Origin: Fidelibacterota bacterium
Lineage (GTDB): Bacteria > Fidelibacterota > JAANXI01
Assembly (NCBI GenBank): GCA_018263365.1
Contig: JAANXI010000062.1
Coordinates: forward strand, 1-43,100
DNA length: 43,100 bases
Direction: 5' to 3'
Positions 1 through 7,870 of the stretch are shown piece by piece. Under the pieces are notes generated by a model that was not told where the DNA came from, made no database searches, and saw only the letters and a program-made list of their open reading frames with translations. The position numbers were made by a program, and so were the translations under genes. Within the stretch, counting starts at the first letter, position 1; the number at the start of each line of letters is the position of its first letter.

Positions 1-721
1 CAATTATTTTGGCTGCAGGCCGTGGAAACCGGTTGAAAACCGTCTCTGAGGAGACGCCGAAATGTATGATCGAAGTCGGTGATAAGTCTCTGATGCATCA
101 CCAGTTGACCGCATTGAAAAATAACGGGATCACCGATATCGTAGTGGGGGTCGGTTATCGCAAAGATGACGTAGCAGCGCATTCGCAGAAAATTGATGGG
201 ATGCGGTTTACGTTTGTGGATAATCCCGATTACGCCACCACGAATACATCGTACACGCTCTGGATGTGCCGCGAGGAAATGGACGACGATTTCCTGTATC
301 TCAACGCCGATGTGCTGTTTCACGAATCACTCATTACGCGACTGCTTGAAGCGCCCGAAGACAATGTGCTGGCGCTAGATAACAAGCGATGCGGTGCCGA
401 GGAAGTGAAAGCGATTCTGAAAAATGACACGATTCTCCACATCGGAAAAAGTTGGATCAGGGCAAGTGTTACGGTGAGTTTATCGGCATCGGAAAGTTCG
501 ACAAGTCCATAAATAAACAGTTTATTGCGCACCTGGATGAGACGGTCAATGAGAAGATGCTGGTCAACGAGTACTTCGAATATGCGTTGGATATGCTCGT
601 GAAGGAGGAGCCGTTCCATTATGTGGATATCTCGGACATCCCGTGCATCGAGATCGACTTCCCGGAGGATCTGAAACACGCCGAGGAAGTAGTGTATCCG
701 GAGATTCGGGAGTATAGTTAA
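1..721 (+). pseudogene. LicC/PntC-like nucleotidyltransferase (cytidylyltransferase family); 5' end outside the window, reading frame broken at an A5 run
   Basis: The frame of ORF 9..512 stays open back to nt 3 (IILAAGRGNRL, the G-x-G-x-R-L NTP-transferase signature), so the start lies upstream of the window. After ...NDTILHIGK this frame runs into low-quality sequence (SWIRASVTVSLSASESSTSP*). The -1 frame (ORF 452..721) carries the expected C-terminal half (KLDQGKCYGEFIGIGKF ... CIEIDFPEDLKHAEE), colinear with the intact paralogue at 4895..5635 (GELVGITKL ... WIEIDKAEDLQRA). The frame junction is the aaaaa run at 446-450. Confidence 0.7.
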
Positions 722-803
722 TCTGATTAATACATAAATTTTCCAGGCTGGGAGTCTGCTACTCTTCGACAAGCTCAGAGCGACTTTCCGATTTCTTAAA
801 TCA

Positions 804-1859
804 TCACACCCCCAGTTTCCCCAAAAACTCCACCGCCCGCTCCGTGGATTTCCCATCGTTAAAGTAGAAGCAGTTATCCAACATCTCCTTTAACTCCGCC
901 TCGTACTTGTTCTCGCGGATATTCTCATCAACTAGCGGCTTGATCGGTTCGTTTTCATCCCAGTGATCGACGATCCCGCGCACATCGTATTGGCCGGGCT
1001 TTTCCACAATTTTGTCCTCTTCCATACCCACAATAAGAATCGGCGTCTGGAAGATTAGAGATTGATATGCTACCGAAGAGTTATCGCTGATGAGCAGATC
1101 CGCGATAGCCAGGTTTTCCATGGTATCTTTGGTGCGGATATTCCACGGCTCCACCAGGTACACGTGCTTTGAACCATTCTTTTTCAAATATTTTTTAATG
1201 TGCTTCATCTTCCGCCAGTCGTAATAGTGCGGACGGATAAAGAGGTTGTAATCGTCGGTGAGGTCATCAATATATTTATAGGAGTGCTCCAGCAGTGTGC
1301 CGCCGCCCCATTTCCAGGTCGGCGCATACACGACATTGGGACGAGATTTGTCCTTCACACCGAAGTCATCCAGGATTTTCGTCCGGTCCATTTCTCTATT
1401 GATGACTTTGTCAAACCGCATATTGCCGATCTTAATCATCTGATCTTCGGAGAGTTCCAATCCCACGATATTCATGAGTTTGTCGTAGCGCATGGGACCG
1501 TCCAGAAAGTAATAATCGAAGTCCGCGCGGTCCCGATCTCTGGGCGGCTTGTAGCCGGTGCCATGCCCCGTGTTAATGGTGGTGAGTTCCTCCGGGACGC
1601 GCTCGTAATCGAACTGGATCGAACTGACCATCACGCCGGAGAGCTTGGAGTAATCCTGGTAATCCATGTACCGGGTTTTGGGCTGCAGACCGAACCAGCC
1701 ACGGGACGGGTTTTGGCTGGGGAATCCGAAGAAATTTTGCTCGAGCTGCAACAGGGAACGCGGCTTGTGCACGATAAAGTCGCCGCCGATCTTCCTGTAA
1801 AGCGGCTTCAGGTATGAGAACTGGTAAATGTTCAGCGCGAGGTAATAAAGGTCTTTCAT
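804..1859 (-). CDS. CDP-glycerol glycerophosphotransferase (TagB/TagF, Glyphos_transf) family phospho-alcohol transferase
   Basis: 351-aa ORF. NVVYAPTWKW and ADLLISDNSSVAYQSLIFQTPIL match the conserved xLYAPT(W/F)R and L(I/V)(T/S)DYSS blocks of TagB/TagF enzymes. It is divergent from the PEP mutase gene. Confidence 0.7.
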   Translation of the reverse strand: MKDLYYLALNIYQFSYLKPLYRKIGGDFIVHKPRSLLQLEQNFFGFPSQNPSRGWFGLQPKTRYMDYQDYSKLSGVMVSSIQFDYERVPEELTTINTGHGTGYKPPRDRDRADFDYYFLDGPMRYDKLMNIVGLELSEDQMIKIGNMRFDKVINREMDRTKILDDFGVKDKSRPNVVYAPTWKWGGGTLLEHSYKYIDDLTDDYNLFIRPHYYDWRKMKHIKKYLKKNGSKHVYLVEPWNIRTKDTMENLAIADLLISDNSSVAYQSLIFQTPILIVGMEEDKIVEKPGQYDVRGIVDHWDENEPIKPLVDENIRENKYEAELKEMLDNCFYFNDGKSTERAVEFLGKLGV

Positions 1860-2039
1860 TCCATAATAGCCCCGTCTTTTTTCACGTTGATTGGCAGAAA
1901 ATAGATAAATTTCCCCTCAGATAAAAGCGGCAGCTCACTCCCGGCATCCACTGGGACGAAATTGCTCACTTTGTTTGTCGCATCCTCTGTATTACATTAA
2001 AATTATTGATCACAGGAATGTTAACACGAGGGTAACAGA

Positions 2040-3761
2040 TTGACACTCCGAAATATTATCACGCCGGAAAATCGCCGACGCCTGCTCAAAGAATTAATAC
2101 GGGAGAAGGGATTTGTTCGCATCATCGAGGCGCACAACGGCATCAGCGCGCTCATCGGGAATAACGCACACATCGATGTGGAAGAGGACGGTCAGACTTA
2201 CCGAGAGGAGTTCGACGGACTGTGGGAGAGCAGCCTGACCGACACTGCCAGCAAAGGCTATCCGGATGCGGAGATCGTCGGCGTCGATTCGCGGCTGATG
2301 AACATCAACCAGATTCTGGATGTGACCAATAAGCCGCTCATCGTGGACGGCGACACCGGCGGCGACGCCTCCCATTTCGAGTACATGGTGAAGCGGTTCG
2401 AGGCTATCGGCATTTCGGCGGTGATTATCGAGGACAAAGTGTTTCCCAAGCGGAATTCCCTCTCCAAAGATGCCAAACAGGATCTGGAGGACCCGGAGAC
2501 CTTTGCCAGTAAAATCCAGCGAGGGAAGGCCATCCAGTCTACCGATGATTTTATGGTGATTGCGCGGCTGGAGAGTCTCATAGCCGGGCACGGAGTCGAA
2601 GATGCGCTTCACCGGGCGAAAACCTATCTTCAGGCCGGGGCCGACGGCATTATGATACACTCCAAGGTCAAAGATCCCGGCGATGTTTTTCGGTTCGCCG
2701 AAGAATACGATAAACTCTGCAAAGAACTCGGCGACCGGAAGCCGCTGGTGTGTGTGCCGACCGCGTACAATCACGTGCCGGAGCAGGAACTCATCGACCG
2801 GGGATTCAACGTGGCGATCCATGCTAATCATATGCTGCGCTCGGCGGTGAAATCCATGGAGAACGTGGCCAAGAATATCCTGATCCATAAGCGCTCCCTG
2901 GAAGTCGATCCGTATTGTACTCCGGTGAAAGAGATCTTCAACATGGTCGGCTTTACCGACGTGAAGGAAAAGGATGCGGCGTACCAGAAACAGACCGGCA
3001 TCACTGCGATTATCCCGGCGGCCGGCAAGAGCCGCGAATTTGACGATCCGAAGGCGCTGCTGAAAATCAATAACAAGGCCGTGCTGGAGCATCAGCTGGA
3101 GACGTTGAACCGCTGCGGCATCGGCAAAACGGCAGTGGTCCGCGGATTCAAACGGGACGAGTTTCCCGATGTCAACGTCGCCTACTACGATAATCCGAAG
3201 TACGAAAACGGCTTTTCCATCGATTCACTTTTCCACGCCGAGGACGCCATCTCCGGTAAATTTTTGTTCATCAATTCCGATGTGCTGTTCAATGAGTTTA
3301 TCATCAAAAATCTGGTGGACACAAACCTCGACATCGTTATCGCCATCGACGGGACCTACAAATATCACACCCACATGCAGGACAAGGTGCTGGACCTGGT
3401 GGTGGCGAAATCCTCGTTCGACGGGTCACCGCGCCGACTGATTAAGCCCGTCGATCAGAAGGTGCTCCGCATAGGGAAGCAGCTGGATATGGAGCAGGCC
3501 GAGGGCGAATACACCGGCATCGCCTACTTCTCCGAGGAAGGCGCGGAAAACCTGAAGACGGTCTATCACGATTGCAAAGATACCGAGGGTAAGTTCCACG
3601 AGGCCAAAAGTTTCAAAAAGGCCTCGATGACGGACATGCTGCAGGAGATGATCGACCGCGGCTACGATGTCCATTTTCTGGAGGTCAACAAGGGGTGGCT
3701 GGAGATTCATAATCCCGAGGATAAGGCCAGCGCCGAGGAAATGCTTTCAACCACAGCATAG
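2040..3761 (+). CDS. pepM: Bifunctional phosphoenolpyruvate mutase / LicC(PntC)-like nucleotidyltransferase fusion
   Basis: 573-aa ORF with a TTG start 7 nt after GAGGG. Residues ~10-300 carry IIEAHNGISALI, LIVDGDTGGD and EDKVFPKRNS; the last is the EDK-x5-NS motif that separates true PEP mutases from other isocitrate-lyase-superfamily enzymes. Residues ~320-573 carry ITAIIPAAGKSREF..PKALLKINNKAVLEHQL ... WLEIHNPED, a nucleotidyltransferase domain paralogous to 4895..5635. Confidence 0.9.
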   Translation: MTLRNIITPENRRRLLKELIREKGFVRIIEAHNGISALIGNNAHIDVEEDGQTYREEFDGLWESSLTDTASKGYPDAEIVGVDSRLMNINQILDVTNKPLIVDGDTGGDASHFEYMVKRFEAIGISAVIIEDKVFPKRNSLSKDAKQDLEDPETFASKIQRGKAIQSTDDFMVIARLESLIAGHGVEDALHRAKTYLQAGADGIMIHSKVKDPGDVFRFAEEYDKLCKELGDRKPLVCVPTAYNHVPEQELIDRGFNVAIHANHMLRSAVKSMENVAKNILIHKRSLEVDPYCTPVKEIFNMVGFTDVKEKDAAYQKQTGITAIIPAAGKSREFDDPKALLKINNKAVLEHQLETLNRCGIGKTAVVRGFKRDEFPDVNVAYYDNPKYENGFSIDSLFHAEDAISGKFLFINSDVLFNEFIIKNLVDTNLDIVIAIDGTYKYHTHMQDKVLDLVVAKSSFDGSPRRLIKPVDQKVLRIGKQLDMEQAEGEYTGIAYFSEEGAENLKTVYHDCKDTEGKFHEAKSFKKASMTDMLQEMIDRGYDVHFLEVNKGWLEIHNPEDKASAEEMLSTTA

Positions 3762-3770
3762 GACTACGCA

Positions 3771-4898
3771 ATGCTACGTTGCAACGAATTTGCTGAGATC
3801 TGCAAGAATTTCAACCTCACTTTTTTTACCGGTGTGCCGGACAGTACCTACAAATCCTGGATGAGTTTTCTGGAAGAGGATCATCCGGGATTTACGAATG
3901 TTCCGACGGTGAACGAATGTGAAGCCACAGCCGTCTGTGCCGGATATCATCTGGCGACCGGCAAGTTTCCGGTGCTGTACATGCAGAACTCCGGCTTCGG
4001 AAAGACGGTTAATCCGCTGACCTCCCTGCTGGGACCGGATATCTACAAGATCCCCGCCCTGCTGATGATCGGCTGGCGCGGCGAACCGGGCAAACCGGAG
4101 GCGCACCAGCATCGCCAGATCGGCCGCATCATGACGGATTTGCTCGACCTGCTGGATGTGCGGTACTCTATCCTGTCCGATGATGCCGGCGAGGCGGCGA
4201 ATCAGATCAACGAGGCGGTCAATTACATGAAAATCGAGAGTCAGCCGTATGCGCTGGTTGTTCGCAAGGGTGTGTTCGAGCCGCTGGAAGCAAAGCCAAA
4301 ACCGGCGTCCGATCTGATGTCCCGCGAGGAGGCCATCTTTGCCATAATGGAGCACATTTCCGACGAAGATATTCTCGTCTCCACCACCGGCAAAACCTCC
4401 CGCGAACTGAACGAAGCGTACCAGCAGTTGGAACGGACGACAGCCAACAAATTTTACAATCCCGGCGCCATGGGATGTGCCCCGTCGATTGCGCTGGGCG
4501 TCGCCCTGCAGAAGCCGCACTCCTGCGTGTTCACTATGGACGGCGACGGCGCTCTGCTCATGCAGATGGGTGCGCTCGCGACCATTGGAATACAGCAGCC
4601 GTCAAACTATTATCATATTCTGTTTGATAACAATGCACACGAGTCTACCGGCGGACAGATCAACAACTCCGATGCGGTGGATTTTCGGGCATTGGCGAAA
4701 TCCTGTGGCTACAAAGATGCCACGATCGTCCGTTCCAAAGATGCACTGGCGGAGGAATTCCCGAAGTTTGCGGAAGCTGATGGACCAGTGATGCTCGTGG
4801 TGAAAATCCGCACCGGATCGCGGCCGGATCTGAGTCGCCCTGAAGAGCCGCTGGAGATCAAGCGCAAATTCATGGAACACCTCGACACGCTCTCATGA
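3771..4898 (+). CDS. aepY: Phosphonopyruvate decarboxylase (ThDP-dependent)
   Basis: 375 aa. N-terminal FFTGVPDSTYKSW; C-terminal ThDP motif MDGDGALLMQMGALATIG...FDNNAHESTGGQ (GDG...NN). AGGA lies 7 nt before the ATG. The gene is immediately downstream of PEP mutase, the canonical pairing. Confidence 0.85.
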   Translation: MLRCNEFAEICKNFNLTFFTGVPDSTYKSWMSFLEEDHPGFTNVPTVNECEATAVCAGYHLATGKFPVLYMQNSGFGKTVNPLTSLLGPDIYKIPALLMIGWRGEPGKPEAHQHRQIGRIMTDLLDLLDVRYSILSDDAGEAANQINEAVNYMKIESQPYALVVRKGVFEPLEAKPKPASDLMSREEAIFAIMEHISDEDILVSTTGKTSRELNEAYQQLERTTANKFYNPGAMGCAPSIALGVALQKPHSCVFTMDGDGALLMQMGALATIGIQQPSNYYHILFDNNAHESTGGQINNSDAVDFRALAKSCGYKDATIVRSKDALAEEFPKFAEADGPVMLVVKIRTGSRPDLSRPEEPLEIKRKFMEHLDTLS

Positions 4899-5635
4899 AA
4901 GCAGTCATACTCGCCGCAGGTATGGGAACACGCTTGCGTCCCATTACCGAAACCTTACCAAAAGCCTTCCTGCCCATCGATGGTAAACCGCTGATCTGGT
5001 ATTCGCTGAATAATCTGATGCGCTCCGGCATCACAGATGTACTCATTGTCACCGGATTCCTGCACGACCGGTTCCACGTCCAAATCGGCGATACTTTTAA
5101 GGATTCATTGAACATCGAATATGCGCACAATCCAAGATACTCTGAAACCGGCAGTATGTATTCCCTCTCGCAGACAAAGGAAATGATCGATGAGGATATC
5201 CTCATGCTGGAATCCGATCTCCTGTATGAGCAGCGCGCCATCGAGAGACTTCTGACGCGCGAATTCCAGGATACCATGCTGGTCGCGCCGCTGTCCGGCT
5301 CCGGCGATGAGGTGTACATCACCGCCGATAATGAAATGCACCTGACAAATCTTGGCAAAGATATCCCGGAGAAAGATCAGGCCATTGGCGAACTGGTTGG
5401 CATTACCAAACTGTCTTACAGTTACCTGGAAAAGTTGTGGGAATACGCAGAGCGGGATTACGACAATGGCAAGGAAAATTATCACTATGAGGAGGTCATC
5501 GTCCGCGTGGCGCAGAACGAGCGACCGCTACAGTGCTTAGTACTACCGGAACTCGCGTGGATCGAGATCGATAAGGCGGAGGATCTGCAACGGGCGAAAA
5601 CGGAGATCTATCCGGCGATCCAGAGCAACGAATAA
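4895..5635 (+). CDS. LicC-like nucleotidyltransferase (sugar-/phosphoalcohol-phosphate cytidylyltransferase family)
   Basis: 246 aa. MKAVILAAGMGTRLRPIT..PKAFLPIDGKPLI N-terminal signature and WIEIDKAEDLQRA C-terminal block. The start overlaps the upstream stop as ATGA (4895-4898), indicating translational coupling. Confidence 0.8.
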   Translation: MKAVILAAGMGTRLRPITETLPKAFLPIDGKPLIWYSLNNLMRSGITDVLIVTGFLHDRFHVQIGDTFKDSLNIEYAHNPRYSETGSMYSLSQTKEMIDEDILMLESDLLYEQRAIERLLTREFQDTMLVAPLSGSGDEVYITADNEMHLTNLGKDIPEKDQAIGELVGITKLSYSYLEKLWEYAERDYDNGKENYHYEEVIVRVAQNERPLQCLVLPELAWIEIDKAEDLQRAKTEIYPAIQSNE

Positions 5636-5697
5636 CATATTTACCGCAGAGGACGCTGAGAACACTGAGACTCACAAAAGATAAAACTGCATGTAAC

Positions 5698-5721
5698 CGC
5701 AAAGGCGCGAAGGCGCAAAGG
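5698..5721. repeat. 3 x 8-nt degenerate tandem repeat (cgcaaagg cgcgaagg cgcaaagg)
   Basis: Read directly from the sequence. It sits inside the 220-nt spacer that splits the AEP genes. The same spacer also contains ctgaga-aca-ctgaga, cttg-cttg-cttg and ctggac-tgtggac-actggac mini-arrays. Confidence 0.7.
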
Positions 5722-5855
5722 TTAGAAAAATCAGTAATGCTAAAAACGAGACAGGGCCTTGCTTGCTTGTTGACCCTGGACTGTGGACACTGGACCCAAG
5801 ACAAAATTGAAACGAACTGCATAGTTTAAATACTTCACATTATCATGGAATTATT

Positions 5856-6986
5856 ATGAAGCCAATTCAACGCAATATCTTGTTAAATCCCGGTCCGGCG
5901 ACGACGACGGACACGGTGAAGTATGCACAGGTCGTGCCGGATATCTGTCCCAGAGAGAAGGAATTTCAGGAAGTTATGGACGGTATTCGTGCAGATTTAG
6001 TGAAGATTGTCAACGGCGGAGATGACTATACCTCCGTGCTGTTCGGCGGCTCCGGCACCTCCGGGATGGAGGCGACGCTGGCGTCGGTGGTTGCTTATGA
6101 TTCGCAGGTACTGCTACTCATCAATGGCGCATACGGACAGCGGATGCTGCAGATCACCGAAACTTACGATATCCCGACGGTAGTCTACAATGTGGAATGG
6201 GGCACGGCTATCGACTGGTCTGAGGTGGATGCCATGTGCGCCAACAATCCGGATATCGGGTACATCGCCATGGTGCATCACGAGACCACGACCGGCATTC
6301 TCAATCCGCTGGGACCGTTCCTGGAGATCGCGAGAAAATACGATTTAGTTACAATGGTGGATACGATTTCGAGTTACGCAGGCATTCCCATTGATCTGCA
6401 GGGGACACCGGTGGATTTTCTAATGTCCACCTCCAACAAGTGCATCCAGGGAATGGCCGGACTGGCGTTTATCATCTGCCGAAATGAAGTGCTGAAGCAG
6501 CTCAAAGATGTACCTGGCCGCACGGTCTACCTGGATCTATATAAGCAGTACGAATACTTCGAGCGCACCGGTCAGATGCGGTTCACGCCGCCGGTGCAGG
6601 TCGTTTATGCGCTGCGACAGGCTATTGATGAGTACCTCGACGAGGGCATACAAAATCGCTGGGAGCGTTACAGCACAAGCTATCAGGTGCTGACCCAAGG
6701 GCTGGAGGAAATGGGCTTCCGGTTCCTGCTCGGAGGGGATGTGGAGCATTCCCGCATCCTGATGACCATTTACGAGCCGGACGATCCGAATTACGACTTC
6801 ACCGAACTCCACGATCGCCTGTACGAGCGCGGATTTACCATTTATCCCGGAAAAGTATCGGACAAGGAGACGTTCCGGCTGTCGGTTCTCGGCGCAATCG
6901 ATCAAAATGATATTCGTGAGTTTTTGAGGAATCTGCGCGAAGTGCTGCGTGAGATGAACATCGAGGTGAAGTATACGCGGTTTTGA
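5856..6986 (+). CDS. phnW: 2-aminoethylphosphonate:pyruvate aminotransferase (class V aminotransferase)
   Basis: 376 aa. N-terminal ILLNPGPATTTDTVKYAQV and the PLP-lysine region MSTSNKCIQGMAGLAF match PhnW/AepZ-type transaminases. It is co-oriented with pepM and aepY. Confidence 0.85.
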   Translation: MKPIQRNILLNPGPATTTDTVKYAQVVPDICPREKEFQEVMDGIRADLVKIVNGGDDYTSVLFGGSGTSGMEATLASVVAYDSQVLLLINGAYGQRMLQITETYDIPTVVYNVEWGTAIDWSEVDAMCANNPDIGYIAMVHHETTTGILNPLGPFLEIARKYDLVTMVDTISSYAGIPIDLQGTPVDFLMSTSNKCIQGMAGLAFIICRNEVLKQLKDVPGRTVYLDLYKQYEYFERTGQMRFTPPVQVVYALRQAIDEYLDEGIQNRWERYSTSYQVLTQGLEEMGFRFLLGGDVEHSRILMTIYEPDDPNYDFTELHDRLYERGFTIYPGKVSDKETFRLSVLGAIDQNDIREFLRNLREVLREMNIEVKYTRF

Positions 6987-7007
6987 ATATTGCGTATTGC
7001 GTAAAAG
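6987..7007. repeat. Heptamer array at-ATTGCGT-ATTGCGT-aaaag starting on the first base after the phnW stop codon
   Basis: Seen directly. Near-identical to the element at 10775-10803 (at-ATTGCGT-ACTGCGT-ATTACGT-aaaaag), which starts 4 nt after another stop codon. Confidence 0.75.
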
Positions 7008-7010
7008 TAC

Positions 7011-7042
7011 CTGTCGGTGATCGCTGTCAGCGTCACCGACGG
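7011..7042 (+). terminator. GC-rich stem-loop downstream of phnW (possible terminator or RNA-stability hairpin; no U-tract)
   Basis: ctgtcggtga (7011-7020) pairs with tcaccgacgg (7033-7042): 10 bp with one G-U. The loop tcgctgtcagcg is itself self-complementary. No T-run follows, so intrinsic termination is uncertain. Confidence 0.35.
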
Positions 7043-7142
7043 AAGAGTACAGACGAAATAGGGAGTAATCTCCGTGGAAAGTGTTGACGAATCTGATTAT
7101 TTTTTTGGACACTGGTTTTGAAACCATTATTTATTTCAAGAA

Positions 7143-7580
7143 ATGAACCCAACACAGTTGAAATCTTCCCTTGATGCGAAGCAAGATGCGATTATCGAGG
7201 AGTTTTCGCAACTTGGCGACGACTGGACAGAAAAATATCAGTATCTCATTCGTCAGGGACAAGAATTACCAGAACTGGACTCCAGGTATGTAAACGACGA
7301 AACCAGACTGAAGGGATGCCAAGCGCAAGTTTGGCTGCATTCATATATGTCGGATGGAAATCTGCATTTCGAGGCAAAAGTCGACGCCCATATCGTTCGG
7401 GGGATTGCCGCTCTGCTGATTCGGGTGCTCTCAGACAATCCACCGGAAACAATTCATGATGCGGACTTGTACTTTATCGATAAAATTGGATTGGAGAAAC
7501 ATCTCTCACCGGTGCGCTCGAATGGCCTGAATGCGATGGTGGAGGAGATACGGAGACGAGCGAGAGACAAAAGCTCCTAA
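7143..7580 (+). CDS. sufE: SufE-family cysteine desulfuration (sulfur acceptor) protein
   Basis: 145 aa. LKGCQAQVWL (the active-site Cys loop GC-x-S/A-x-VW of SufE/CsdE) and IVRGIAALLIRVLSDNPP. Size is typical for the family. Confidence 0.85.
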   Translation: MNPTQLKSSLDAKQDAIIEEFSQLGDDWTEKYQYLIRQGQELPELDSRYVNDETRLKGCQAQVWLHSYMSDGNLHFEAKVDAHIVRGIAALLIRVLSDNPPETIHDADLYFIDKIGLEKHLSPVRSNGLNAMVEEIRRRARDKSS

Positions 7581-7584
7581 CGGC

Positions 7585-7616
7585 GTGTTATAGTGTTAGT
7601 GTGTTATGGTGCTACA
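7585..7616. repeat. (GTGTTANN)4 tandem array: gtgttata gtgttagt gtgttatg gtgctaca
   Basis: Seen directly, starting 4 nt after the sufE stop. It uses the same 8-nt unit as the arrays at 19015-19054 (same orientation) and 10919-10982 (opposite orientation). Confidence 0.8.
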
Positions 7617-7670
7617 GTTTCACAAATTCTGTCTGAGTATAATAGGTTGATGGAAATTACTTCAGCGCTT

Positions 7671-7734
7671 TTGTTCGTTGTAAGTTGTTTGTTGTTCACT
7701 GCCATTTGCTTACTGCTGATTGCCTACTGATCTC
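7671..7734. repeat. Heptamer-periodic block: ttgttcg ttgtaag ttgtttg ttgttca (c) tgccatt tgcttac tgctgat tgcctac tgatctc
   Basis: Seen directly. Nine consecutive 7-nt units each start with TTG/TGC, with one extra base. The block lies in the convergent spacer between sufE and the rhodanese gene. Confidence 0.65.
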
Positions 7735-7753
7735 AAATTTCTTATACCTTCCA

Positions 7754-7846
7754 TTTTATTCTCGTATTTTACGGTGTATTTCGGTGCTTTTTTCAGTGTA
7801 TTTCAGTGTTTAATCAGTTGTTTTATCGGCGGTTATCTGCTGTTTT
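7754..7846. repeat. Degenerate ~10-12-nt repeat block with phased T-tracts (cggtgtattt / cggtgctttttt / cagtgtattt / cagtgtttaat / cagttgttttat / cggcggttat / ctgctgtttta)
   Basis: T-tract centres fall near 7755, 7768, 7780, 7790, 7802, 7810, 7822, 7833 and 7844, a mean spacing of about 11 nt. That is the pattern expected for intrinsically curved DNA. Confidence 0.55.
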
Positions 7847-7870
7847 AGCGCAAATCTGTGTGCCATTCTT

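Noticed and set aside
446-451. Asserting programmed -1 ribosomal frameshifting (dnaX-like) in the first gene
   Set aside because: The run is A5G rather than the A-AAA-AAG heptamer, and I see no upstream SD-like stimulator or downstream hairpin that I can verify. It is kept only as one of three alternatives in the findings.
2094-3092. Long antisense or overlapping ORFs in the track: 2094..3092(-), 320..856(-), 1200..1817(+), 3774..4520(-), 6537..7127(-), 9433..10443(-), 14834..15607(-), 37993..38649(-), 39611..40183(-) and many shorter ones
   Set aside because: Each lies opposite or out of frame to an ORF with clear family motifs. Their translations are low-complexity (R/G/H/L-rich) with no recognisable domains. 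They are typical shadow ORFs of codon-biased genes.
5845-5859. 4-codon uORF ATG GAA TTA TTA TGA overlapping the phnW start (ATGA)
   Set aside because: It is too short to evaluate, has no SD, and could be chance in an AT-rich leader. Noted only as a possible coupling device.
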